Shown: positions 39,470 to 48,244, numbered from the stretch's first letter. The stretch: DNA of 64,000 nt from Thermomicrobiales bacterium (GCA_049841275.1 JASGDN010000059.1:10806-74805), one strand, 5' to 3'. The notes: generated by a model not told the origin, from the letters alone. Numbers and translations: made by a program.

Positions 39470-41524
39470 TTACTGGACGATCAGCTTGCCAACCATGCCG
39501 GCTTCCTTGTGGCCAGGAATGGAGCAGTAGTACTCGTACTCGCCCGCCGCCGCATTGATGGTGACGGTGTCGGAGTCACCGCCGTTGAGCGTCTTCGACT
39601 CCACCTTCAGCGCATCAATCACGAAGTCGTGCTGGAGCACGCCCTTGTTCACGATCGTCACCTGGACGTCGGTGTTGGCCGGAATGGTGAGTTCCTTCGG
39701 ATCGAAGTTGATGTCGATCGTGTGGACCTCGAAGGCCGAGCCCGAACCGGATGCGGCCGGAGTGGCCTCGCCGGCCGGAGACGCCTCCGGCGTCGCGATC
39801 GAGCCGGTGCCGCCGATCTTCAGCGCGACGAGCGTTGCAGAGGGCTTCGCATCGGCAGACGGCGGAATCGTGAAGGGGCCGCCAGCCGGGACGTAGATGA
39901 AGTCACCGGAGACCGCCAGCGGCGCATTGATGCCAGCCGGAGCCTGCCAGTTCCAGACCTCGGTGCCATCGCTGGTGTTGAAGGCGCGGACGATGCCGTC
40001 GAGGCCAGCAGTAAAGACGAGGTCGTTCACCACCGTCGCTCCCGCATAAGCCGGCGTCTGGATCTGCGTATCCCAGAGGACCTTGCCAGTCGCGCCATCG
40101 AGGGCCACAAGCTCGCCCGTGCCGGAGAAGATGTCCAGCGCTTCGGCAACAAGCCGGCCACCTTCGTAGACGGTGCGCAGGTTGACAATCGGGGCGTAGA
40201 CGACGCCATCGGCAAAGGCCATCGAGGTTTCGACGCCACCGAGGGTGCCGGGGAAGACCTCCACCTGCTGGCCTTCGGGAACTTCCTGCAGATCGTCGTT
40301 CTGGTGCTTGCCGACCGGGGTCCGCCACAGCTCCTCACCGGTCTCCTGGTTCGCAGCAACCACGATGCCGTGCTTGCCGGAGGTGAAGACCACCTTCGTG
40401 TCGGTGCCATTGATGCTGACGTTCCCGAGCACCGGCGTCAGCTGGTTATCGAGGTCGAAGAGGTCGTGTGGCTTGACGTTGATGTACCACTCGATGGACG
40501 CACTGTCCGGGTTGATCTTGATCAGCGAGTCGGCGTAGTCGTTGTCGCCCATGCGGCTGGTCGCGCTCGGGAACTCCGGTGTGCCGGGATACGGAGCGGC
40601 ATTGCCGATACCGACGTACAGCTGGCCCTCATCATCGACCGACGGAACGTGCCAGAGGCCGCCGCCGGAGTTGATGCGGGCATTGTTCCAGAGGTTGTCA
40701 GTGGTGGTATCGAAGTACCAGAGGATCTTACCGGTGGACGCATCGAGCGCGAAGATGAAGCCGCGCTGGCCACCGTTGTAGAAGGCCTCCGGGGTACCCG
40801 GAATGGTGCTGACGTAGACCGTGCTGTCGTACACCAGCGGGGCCATCGTGATGCCCTCGTGGCGATAGCCCTTGATGGTTGTCCGCCAGACTTCCTCACC
40901 CGTGTCCTGCTTGGCCGCGATCACGACACCGTCACCACCCAGGGTGAAGAACGCCATGCCGTAGCCGAGGCCAACGCCGTTCGGACCGCCCGACGGAACA
41001 TCGTTGTTGTACTCGTTGTACCAGACCTGCTCGCCGGTATCGGCCTTCAGCGCGTAGACGTTGCTCTGGGCGTCCTGCTGGAAGACCACGCCATTCGCGA
41101 TCACTGGGTTCGCGACCAGCGCACCGAACGGCGCGCCGATGGTGATCGGCAGCGACCACTCGACGCCGAGCTGCGAGACCGTGTCGCTCTTGATGCCGCT
41201 CGCCGTGATATGGCGGGTGGACTTGAGGTCGAAGTTCTCCGACGGCCAGTTCGCCTCTTCACCGTATTCGGGTGGAACCGCGTCGCCCAGCGGCGTTGCC
41301 GTCGGGAAGTCGGCTCCGGACGACTCTGACTGAGCCTCCGGCGATGCCGCCGGCGTCGCGCTGGAGGCATCCGGCGTCGCATCCTGGGCGCTGGCGAAAC
41401 CAACCGCCGCCCCGGCAATGCCAAGACCAAGCGCCGTGCCGGTGCCGACCAGCTTGCGTCGGCTCAGCAGAGCGCGAGCCTGCTCCTCGGACTCATGACC
41501 CTGATTCAGCGATCCCTTAGTCAC
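39470..41524 (-). CDS. paralogous Tat-exported quinoprotein-type beta-propeller protein fused to C-terminal cupredoxin domain
   Basis: ORF 39470..41542. The likely start is GTG at 41524, 5 nt after AAGGGAG. It has a Tat motif (LSRRKLVGTGTALG) and the same propeller blocks (GNAAPYPG, KPHDLFDLD). The C-terminal ligand set is LQHDF...YEYYCSIPGHKEAGMVG. Confidence 0.8.
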   Translation of the reverse strand: MTKGSLNQGHESEEQARALLSRRKLVGTGTALGLGIAGAAVGFASAQDATPDASSATPAASPEAQSESSGADFPTATPLGDAVPPEYGEEANWPSENFDLKSTRHITASGIKSDTVSQLGVEWSLPITIGAPFGALVANPVIANGVVFQQDAQSNVYALKADTGEQVWYNEYNNDVPSGGPNGVGLGYGMAFFTLGGDGVVIAAKQDTGEEVWRTTIKGYRHEGITMAPLVYDSTVYVSTIPGTPEAFYNGGQRGFIFALDASTGKILWYFDTTTDNLWNNARINSGGGLWHVPSVDDEGQLYVGIGNAAPYPGTPEFPSATSRMGDNDYADSLIKINPDSASIEWYINVKPHDLFDLDNQLTPVLGNVSINGTDTKVVFTSGKHGIVVAANQETGEELWRTPVGKHQNDDLQEVPEGQQVEVFPGTLGGVETSMAFADGVVYAPIVNLRTVYEGGRLVAEALDIFSGTGELVALDGATGKVLWDTQIQTPAYAGATVVNDLVFTAGLDGIVRAFNTSDGTEVWNWQAPAGINAPLAVSGDFIYVPAGGPFTIPPSADAKPSATLVALKIGGTGSIATPEASPAGEATPAASGSGSAFEVHTIDINFDPKELTIPANTDVQVTIVNKGVLQHDFVIDALKVESKTLNGGDSDTVTINAAAGEYEYYCSIPGHKEAGMVGKLIVQ

Positions 41525-41610
41525 GTGTACTCCCTTTCTCAATGTCCTTTGCCGAACGTAGCCGCCCGGTCCCTAACGCGGAATTAGCGACGTACGCTCC
41601 TGCGCACGCC

Positions 41611-41638
41611 ATTATTCAGTCCCGTGGCCCTTTGGCAA
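41611..41638 (-). promoter_or_regulatory. candidate sigma-70-type promoter TTGCCA-N16-AATAAT for the second PQQ/cupredoxin gene
   Basis: The minus strand reads cTTGCCAaagggccacgggactgAATAATgg, about 85 nt upstream of the GTG. Confidence 0.35.
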
Positions 41639-41685
41639 GGACCAGGCAGGCGCGAATTGACCCAATTACAGCATGGATGCACGAG

Positions 41686-42732
41686 CTATGCCATAAACAC
41701 CGCAATTGCCGGGGTTGGCACCGGGATCGGGTCCCCGGCGGGCTCCAGCGTCCCTGCCTCGGCGTCCCGCGCCAGCACGGTCAGGGCGCCGTCATGCTGG
41801 CTGGACGAGATGACCCACAACGCATCGGGACTGAAGGCGATGTTGCGAGGATAGGCTCCCACCGGCGCCCACCCGATCGGCGCCAACACGCCCGACACCG
41901 CGTCGACAGCAAAGGCCGCCACGCTGTCGTGCAGGCGGTTGGCTCCGTAGACGAAGCGGCCGTCCGGCGAGACGAGGATCTGGGACGGGTAGTTCGTCTC
42001 GGAGACATCTGGCGGGAGGGTGCTGACCGTCTGGAACGGAGTCAAGGTCCGTGTCGCCCCGTCCCATGTCGCCGCGACAATCGTGGAATCCAGTTCGTCG
42101 ATGATGTAGGCGAACCTTCCGTTCGGCGCGAAGGCGAGGTGTCGGGGACCGGCGCCCGGCGCAAGGTTCACCTTTGCAGGGTCGCCAAGCGCGCCAGTTT
42201 CGCGGTCGAAGGGATAGACGGCCACCTGATCGGTCCCGAGGTCGCAGACGAGGACAGATCCGCCATCCGGACTCTGCACGATCTGGTGCGCGTGCGCCTC
42301 GTCCTGCCGGCCCTCCACGATGCTCGACCCGCTGTGCGTGGCCGTCGATATGGCGTCGCCCAAGGTGCCGTCGGCATTCACGGGCACCACCGCGACCGTG
42401 CCGCTCGCGTAGTTTGCGACAAGCACGAACCGCTCGTCCGCCGTGAGGCTGGCGAAGCACGGCCCGTCCCCAACGGAAGACACCCGGTTCAGTTCGGTCA
42501 GGTTGCCGGTCTGCGGATCGCGGGCGATGGCCGCGACACTTCCGCCGTCGACCTCAGTGACCGCATAGAGCCGCGTCTTGTCCGCCGACGCAACGATCCA
42601 GGTCGGGCTGGGGATGTCCAGCGCCACACCGACCCGCGCGATCGCGCCGGAATCCGGGTCGAATGAAAACCGCGTGATGCCCTGCGGCCCCTCGGCCTCC
42701 GCGCTGGTGTAGCTTCCGATATAGAGATCCAC
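41686..42732 (-). CDS. 7-bladed beta-propeller lactonase (COG2706 / 6-phosphogluconolactonase-like)
   Basis: ORF 41686..43032. GTG at 42732 lies directly after AAGGAGGG. It has LYIGSYTS..., VLVANYASGTVAVVPV and HAHQIVQSPDG. The 100-codon upstream extension has weaker codon bias. Confidence 0.8.
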   Translation of the reverse strand: MDLYIGSYTSAEAEGPQGITRFSFDPDSGAIARVGVALDIPSPTWIVASADKTRLYAVTEVDGGSVAAIARDPQTGNLTELNRVSSVGDGPCFASLTADERFVLVANYASGTVAVVPVNADGTLGDAISTATHSGSSIVEGRQDEAHAHQIVQSPDGGSVLVCDLGTDQVAVYPFDRETGALGDPAKVNLAPGAGPRHLAFAPNGRFAYIIDELDSTIVAATWDGATRTLTPFQTVSTLPPDVSETNYPSQILVSPDGRFVYGANRLHDSVAAFAVDAVSGVLAPIGWAPVGAYPRNIAFSPDALWVISSSQHDGALTVLARDAEAGTLEPAGDPIPVPTPAIAVFMA

Positions 42733-43493
42733 ATGCCCTCCTTGATTGTTCAGTGTCGGTGGTCGGTCCCAACCGGCGCCTATCACGATCAATGTGCTTC
42801 GTCTGCCGCTGGACACCCAGTGTAGCAACGGGCTTCCCTCCAAGAAAGCGCCGGCGTCCAGGATCACGCGATGAACGTGAACCCGGCAACGCCCCCAATG
42901 CTTCACCTCCCCTGCGTTCGCGGCACACATGCCAGACGCTTGGCGAACCGGCGAGAAGCCGAAGCGACAATGAACCACCATGACACCCCTGCACCGATGA
43001 CACCCCGTCACGAACGGCACCTTCAACAACACCTATAATGTTGACAACAACAACATCAATCCACCATATCCATGTCGCCGCTGGCCCAGGATCGGCGGCG
43101 GCGCGGCCCGGCAAGAACGCTTGTGGCAGGCTGATCGCGTCGGTGCAGACACCGGCGGGGACATGAATGCCAACGATCCACTCGCCCCCACGATCCTTCT
43201 TTGCCTGGCAGGCACGAGAACGTCATGGACACCGGCTCAGGCCTGGCGAAGTCCACGACAACACCCGGAACCGTCATGACTGCCATGTACGTACGGTCTC
43301 GACAAATCGCACATCGTCGTGTGAAACTACCCACGAGGTTGTGGTCCTCAGCGGTCGATTCACGCTGGCTCATTCCCTTCCGGGAGAGTCGCGCAGGCTG
43401 CGAGCGGCAGCGGCGCCTCGGCATCCGCGTCCGATTGCCCTGCCTCTGCATTCCGGAATGCCGGTCTCAGTACCGTTTGGAGGAGGTGGCGAC

Positions 43494-44171
43494 GTGGTCT
43501 TTCGCCGCGAGAAGCAAGTCGATTCCTTTCAGCGTCAGATGAATGCCCTTCGCAGCCGCATCGGCGACGGCGGGCAGTACGATAACGACGATCAGGGCGG
43601 CGAACTCCCCGACTACGACGACGCATCGTATGAGGGAGATACCGGAGCGTCCTATCCCGTCAATCAGGGTGGTGGCATGGCCGAGGGTGGATACAGCTTC
43701 GGGGACTACGGGTCGCAGAGCAGCATGGATCTCGTCGACGACGATCAGCTCCTGGTTCCGGAGATGCCGGTCGCGGACAACCAGATCAGTGTCGTTGCTG
43801 CCGACACGGTCTGGAAGGGCGACATCAACTCCGAAGGCAGCGTCCATGTCTATGGCCGCGTCGAGGGTGCGCTCACGGCGAAGGAAGATCTCTGGATCGC
43901 CGAAGGGGCCTCGGTCGACGCCACGCTCAATGCACGCCGCGTCGTCATCGCTGGCAATGTCGCCGGTACGATTTCGGCCACCGAACGTTTCGAGGCGCTG
44001 CCCCAGGGACGGGTGAACGCCGACGTCACCGCGACGACCTTCGTGATCCACGAGGGCGCAAAGCTGAACGGCCAGCTCAAGATGGCGCATCCGGAGGGCA
44101 CGGCCGTCAGTTCCTACGACCGCGCCGGTTCGCTCTCCGTGGTGCAGCGCCGCGCGCGCAACGCCTCGTAG
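43494..44171 (+). CDS. bactofilin-family cytoskeletal protein (long acidic N-terminal region)
   Basis: ORF 43167..44171. GTG at 43494 lies 8 nt after GGAGGAGG. The bactofilin beta-helix repeats are KGDINSEGSVHVYGRVEGAL...VVIAGNVAGTISA...FVIHEGAKLNGQLKM. Confidence 0.8.
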   Translation: MVFRREKQVDSFQRQMNALRSRIGDGGQYDNDDQGGELPDYDDASYEGDTGASYPVNQGGGMAEGGYSFGDYGSQSSMDLVDDDQLLVPEMPVADNQISVVAADTVWKGDINSEGSVHVYGRVEGALTAKEDLWIAEGASVDATLNARRVVIAGNVAGTISATERFEALPQGRVNADVTATTFVIHEGAKLNGQLKMAHPEGTAVSSYDRAGSLSVVQRRARNAS

Positions 44172-44217
44172 CCCGCTTCACGCCGACCGCATCACGATCC
44201 CCAAGGAGACCTGCGCG

Positions 44218-44829
44218 ATGTCCATGCGCTCCACCGATTCGCCCGTCTACTCAGGCCAACGCGTCGCCTATGACGACGTGAGCACCGAGGGTTCCGATTC
44301 CATCAGCATCCTCGACCGCTTCTCCAATTTCGACGGCACTTTCCACTCTTCCCGCGACCTGCGAATCGAGGGCCAGGCGAAGGGCACCATCGAGTGCCAG
44401 GGCACCTTGCACATTGCCCAGGGCGCGTCGATCGACGCCAAGGTCGAGGCGGAAAATATCACCGTCGCCGGCGACCTCGATGGCCAGATCACGTGCCGGG
44501 GGCGTCTGCAGATCCTCCCCAGCGGCCGGGTGCGCGGCACGATCACCACCCAGACCCTGGTGATCCACGACGGCGCCTTCTACGAAGGTCAGCTCCAGAT
44601 GTCCACACCGGATCGCCAGCTCGGTTCCGGCCGGCGCGCACGGTCCGCCGGCGCACCAGTGGCGCCCGCGGCCTTCGAAAGCCCCCGCACGGACGAGACA
44701 CGATCCGAATCCGGCCCCGCTGGCGGCAGCACCTTCATCCGCCGGTTCGGCGGCCAGGAAACCAACTGGGAGACCACCACGCCGGCAACAGAATCCACCG
44801 ACGACGATTCGCAGGACGCCACACACTGA
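44218..44829 (+). CDS. bactofilin-family cytoskeletal protein
   Basis: ORF 44218..44829 (203 aa). It has LRIEGQAKGTIECQGTLHIAQGASIDAKVEAENITVAGDLDGQI...LVIHDGAFYEGQLQM. RBS aaggag lies upstream. Confidence 0.85.
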   Translation: MSMRSTDSPVYSGQRVAYDDVSTEGSDSISILDRFSNFDGTFHSSRDLRIEGQAKGTIECQGTLHIAQGASIDAKVEAENITVAGDLDGQITCRGRLQILPSGRVRGTITTQTLVIHDGAFYEGQLQMSTPDRQLGSGRRARSAGAPVAPAAFESPRTDETRSESGPAGGSTFIRRFGGQETNWETTTPATESTDDDSQDATH

Positions 44830-44887
44830 TATCCATACGCCCACCCCTTTCCGGTCTCCCTGCCCAGCCAGGTGCGAAAGGGGTGCA

Positions 44888-44896
44888 TGGTATACT
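44888..44896 (+). promoter_or_regulatory. extended -10 promoter (TGGTATACT) upstream of the SH3b membrane protein gene
   Basis: This is the same 9-mer as at tRNA-Arg. It is preceded by the hairpin cacccctttc...gaaaggggtg (44846-44889). Confidence 0.4.
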
Positions 44897-45035
44897 CCTC
44901 GGGCTTGCCGGATGCACGCCGTGGTCACAGAGTGATGACGGGAACAGCAGTATATCGGTGTCCTCATGACACCAGCGGTGTGAGTCCCGAGGCCGTTCCC
45001 AGTGATGGCGTCCGCCCGAGCGCCACGAGGAGTGC

Positions 45036-46094
45036 ATGGACGAAGCGAAGGATCCGGGCCTACGGCGATGTGGCACCTGTCTCCATTTCGAGCCGTCGAC
45101 CTCCTGGCGTCGCGGATGGTGCCGGAACAGCCTTCTCTTCAGCCCCGACCAAAGCCAGTCCGTCCTTCAGGATGAATTGTTCTGCGGAAACGGTCATGGC
45201 GACTTTTGGGAGCCGCATCGAAGCCCCGGCGATGCCTCCCCTGAAACAGCAGGTCATGCCAACGTGAAACGACCAAGCCTCTCCCCGCTGAGACTGTTCG
45301 AGCCGGCCACGCCATTCCCGCAGTTGGCCGGCGCCACCGCTGGCGGTTCAATGCTGTTCGCACAGAATTCGGGCGGCAGCGGTTCTGGCGGTAACGGTGG
45401 AAGCCGCCGTCCGGACGATGTCGATCCCGAATACGACGAATTCGACGAAGGAACCTACGACGTCGATGATGAGGCCCCGGCCGCAGCACCGCGCGGAGGC
45501 CGGAGGGGATCGACCGGCCGTCAGGGCGGATCGGCCGGCGGGCGGCAGCGCACGGTGCAATTCCAGCCGGAAGAACGCTACTGGACCGAATACCTGCGTA
45601 TCGCTCTGCCCGTCATCGGCCTTCTGTTGATGCTCGGTCTGTTCTGGTTCTGGGCGCAACAGCTGATCGACAACGGCGACAACAAAGAGCCACAGGCTAC
45701 CGACGTTCCGGGAGTCGTTGTGACCCAGACCGAGCAGGCAAACGTCCCGACCGCGACCACGGCGGTCATTGCGACGGTCGCTCCGACCCAGCCCCCGTCC
45801 CCGACGGAACCACCAGCCGAACCGACGGCGACGACCGCCACCGAAAACCAGGCGACGCCGCCTTCGACCGGCCAGATCGAGATTGGTGGGACGGTCACCA
45901 CGAACGATGCAGATATCAACATGCGGCTCGATGCCACGACCAGTGGCGAAATCGTGACGACACTCGCCCAAGGGGAGTCGCTCACGGTCATTGATGGTCC
46001 GGTGGAAGCCGATGGCCACACCTGGTGGCAGGTAGAGGACGGCAGCGGAAACTCCGGATGGGTCGTGGCGGACTACCTGACGCCATCCGAGTAG
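45036..46094 (+). CDS. single-pass membrane protein: N-terminal Cys-rich domain, TM helix, Pro/Thr linker, C-terminal bacterial SH3 domain
   Basis: ORF 45036..46094 (352 aa). RBS gaggag lies upstream. It has CGTCLHFE...WCRN...FCGNGH, the TM helix IALPVIGLLLMLGLFWFWAQ and SH3b-like INMRLDATTSGEIVTTLAQGESLTVIDGPVEADGHTWWQV...GWVVADYL. Confidence 0.7.
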   Translation: MDEAKDPGLRRCGTCLHFEPSTSWRRGWCRNSLLFSPDQSQSVLQDELFCGNGHGDFWEPHRSPGDASPETAGHANVKRPSLSPLRLFEPATPFPQLAGATAGGSMLFAQNSGGSGSGGNGGSRRPDDVDPEYDEFDEGTYDVDDEAPAAAPRGGRRGSTGRQGGSAGGRQRTVQFQPEERYWTEYLRIALPVIGLLLMLGLFWFWAQQLIDNGDNKEPQATDVPGVVVTQTEQANVPTATTAVIATVAPTQPPSPTEPPAEPTATTATENQATPPSTGQIEIGGTVTTNDADINMRLDATTSGEIVTTLAQGESLTVIDGPVEADGHTWWQVEDGSGNSGWVVADYLTPSE

Positions 46095-46125
46095 CAGGCC
46101 CCCACGACCACAGATCGACCTCAGC

Positions 46126-46157
46126 AACGACGGGACGCATGACGATGCGTCCCGTCG
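46126..46157 (+). terminator. hairpin downstream of SH3b gene
   Basis: 14-bp perfect stem acgacgggacgcat / atgcgtcccgtcgt with a 4-nt loop. There is no strong U-tract. Confidence 0.45.
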
Positions 46158-46375
46158 TCGTATGCCCGCCATCGGCTTGTAGTGTGTCATGCCTCATGTG
46201 TCACCGGCATTGGTGCGGCACGAGGGTTCGCCCTCCGTCATATGCGCAGGGCAACCCCTTGTGGGTTGCCGTCCGTCGCTAGCACTTGACGAGTGACAGA
46301 CCACGAGATCGAGGTATGTCTTACCTTCAGCTGAATCAGGAAGGGTTGTCATCGGGGAGCGATCCCTGATGATTG

Positions 46376-46384
46376 TGGTACACT
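46376..46384 (+). promoter_or_regulatory. candidate extended -10 promoter (TGGTACACT) for rpsB-tsf
   Basis: TGn plus TACACT lies about 145 nt upstream of the rpsB ATG. No good -35 is present. Confidence 0.35.
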
Positions 46385-46528
46385 GAGCGATGGGTTTGGC
46401 GCCTGCCAAGCCTATCATTTTGCACGCGCCGCGACTGGTGGCGGTGTGCCGGAACCGCATCCGCGCTCCGGTTCGCCATCGGAATGACCGACGCGGAAGT
46501 CCAAACACCATTTCACGAGGGAAGGTTC

Positions 46529-47353
46529 ATGGCTCAGGCTCCGTCCACATCCTCTGCACGCAACCCGCGCGTCAGTCTCAAGGCCCTGCTCGAGGCCGGC
46601 GTTCATTTCGGACACCAGAAGAACCGCTGGAATCCGCAGATGAAGCCGTACATCTTCACCGAGCGCAACGGCATCCACATCATCGACCTCCAGCAGACTG
46701 TGCCGCTGCTCGAACAGGCCCACGAGTACGTCTCCGAGGTCACGGCCAACGGCGGACACATCCTGTTCGTCGGCACCAAGAAGCAGGCGCAGGACATCGT
46801 CAAGCGCGAGGCGGAGCGGAGCGGCCAGTTCTTCGTCAACCGGCGCTGGCTCGGCGGGACGCTCACCAACTTCGTGACCATCAAGAACCGCCTGCGCTAC
46901 CTGAAGCAGCTTCAGGCCGAGGTCGAGAACGGTGAGATGAACCTGCTGCCGAAGCAGGAGGCCGCCAAGCGCATGCAAGAGCTGGAGCGCCTGGAGCGCA
47001 CCCTCGGCGGCATGCGCGACATGACCCAGCTGCCCGGCGCCATCTTCATCATCGATCCGAAGCGCGAGCACCTGGCCGTCCACGAGGCACAACGCCTCGG
47101 CATCACCACCATTGCGCTCGTGGACTCCAATTCCGACCCGAACCCGATCACCATCCCGATCCCGGGCAACGATGACGCGATCCGTTCGATCCGTCTCATC
47201 ACCTCGGGCATCGCGAACGCCGCCATTGCTGGCCGCCTCGAACGGTCCAGCGTCTCGGAAACCGGCGACGATTTCGAGGCCGCCGTTTCCGACGCGAATG
47301 AGAACTACGATGAGGGCGTGCAGGCCGATCGCGACGAGGCCTCCGAAGCCTAG
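46529..47353 (+). CDS. rpsB: 30S ribosomal protein S2
   Basis: ORF 46373..47353. The conserved start is at ATG 46529 (LLEAGVHFGHQKNRWNPQMKPYIF). Confidence 0.95.
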   Translation: MAQAPSTSSARNPRVSLKALLEAGVHFGHQKNRWNPQMKPYIFTERNGIHIIDLQQTVPLLEQAHEYVSEVTANGGHILFVGTKKQAQDIVKREAERSGQFFVNRRWLGGTLTNFVTIKNRLRYLKQLQAEVENGEMNLLPKQEAAKRMQELERLERTLGGMRDMTQLPGAIFIIDPKREHLAVHEAQRLGITTIALVDSNSDPNPITIPIPGNDDAIRSIRLITSGIANAAIAGRLERSSVSETGDDFEAAVSDANENYDEGVQADRDEASEA

Positions 47354-47479
47354 CCTTCCCCAGACAGACCCATCGTGAACGCGACGAAGGGGCATGGCAA
47401 CGTGCCCCTTCGCCAAGCGCGCAAGCACACGTCGTCACCCTTTCATCGGGTATCCGCCACATAGACAGGAGCAGCTCTC

Positions 47480-48043
47480 ATGGCCGTTACCACCGAGCAG
47501 ATTCGCACGCTGCGCGAGCAGACCGGCGCCGGCATCATGGACGCCAAGCGCGCCCTGGAGCAGGCCGACGGCGATGCCAAGAAGGCCGCCGAGATCCTGC
47601 GTCAGCAGGGCCTGGCCAAGGCCGGCAAGAAGTCCGACCGTGCCGCCAACGAAGGCCTGGTCGATTACTACATCCACGGTCAGGGCCGCATCGGCGCCCT
47701 GGTCGAGATCAACTGCGAGACCGACTTCGTCGCGCGCACCGATGATTTCAAGACCCTGACCCACGACATCGCGATGCAGGTCGCGGCGTCCTCGCCGAAG
47801 TACGTCAGCGCGGACCAGATCACCGAGGGCGACTACGCCAAGCTGGAGAGCGATTTCGGTGACCGCGAAACCGCCGTCAAGGCCGTCGTGCTGCTGGAAC
47901 AGCCGTTCATCAAGGACCCGAAGAAGACCATCGGCGACCTGGTGAAGGAGGCCATCGGCAAGCTCGGCGAGAACATCGTCGTGCGCCGCTTCGCCCGCTT
48001 CGAGCTGGGCGAGGAAATCGGCAAGGCCGAAGTCGACGCCTGA
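47480..48043 (+). CDS. tsf: translation elongation factor Ts (short form, 187 aa)
   Basis: ORF 47480..48043. It has IRTLREQTGAGIMDAKRAL and EINCETDFVART. Confidence 0.95.
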   Translation: MAVTTEQIRTLREQTGAGIMDAKRALEQADGDAKKAAEILRQQGLAKAGKKSDRAANEGLVDYYIHGQGRIGALVEINCETDFVARTDDFKTLTHDIAMQVAASSPKYVSADQITEGDYAKLESDFGDRETAVKAVVLLEQPFIKDPKKTIGDLVKEAIGKLGENIVVRRFARFELGEEIGKAEVDA

Positions 48044-48059
48044 GCCAGAACGCTGGAGA

Positions 48060-48092
48060 ACGACCGGGCGCATACTGCATGCACCCGGTCGT
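48060..48092 (+). terminator. terminator hairpin after tsf
   Basis: 14-bp stem with one mismatch (acgaccgggcgcat / atgcacccggtcgt), followed by cgtatttcc. Confidence 0.5.
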
Positions 48093-48244
48093 CGTATTTC
48101 CGGCTTCCTCTCCTGTGGCGGCGTGCAGACGCGTCGGATGCCCGGCTGTTTGGTATCCTCTGCGCAGATGAGCAAGCGCCACCCGACCATCGCGATTCCT
48201 CGCCGCCGCCGGGCGCCGGGCACGACCGGAAAGGATTCTGAATC

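Noticed and set aside
41686-43032. 448-aa version of the lactonase with a 100-aa Cys/His-rich N-terminal extension
   Set aside because: The extension has a noticeably weaker third-position GC bias. COG2706 lactonases are about 350 aa, and a strong AAGGAGGG RBS directly precedes the GTG at 42732.
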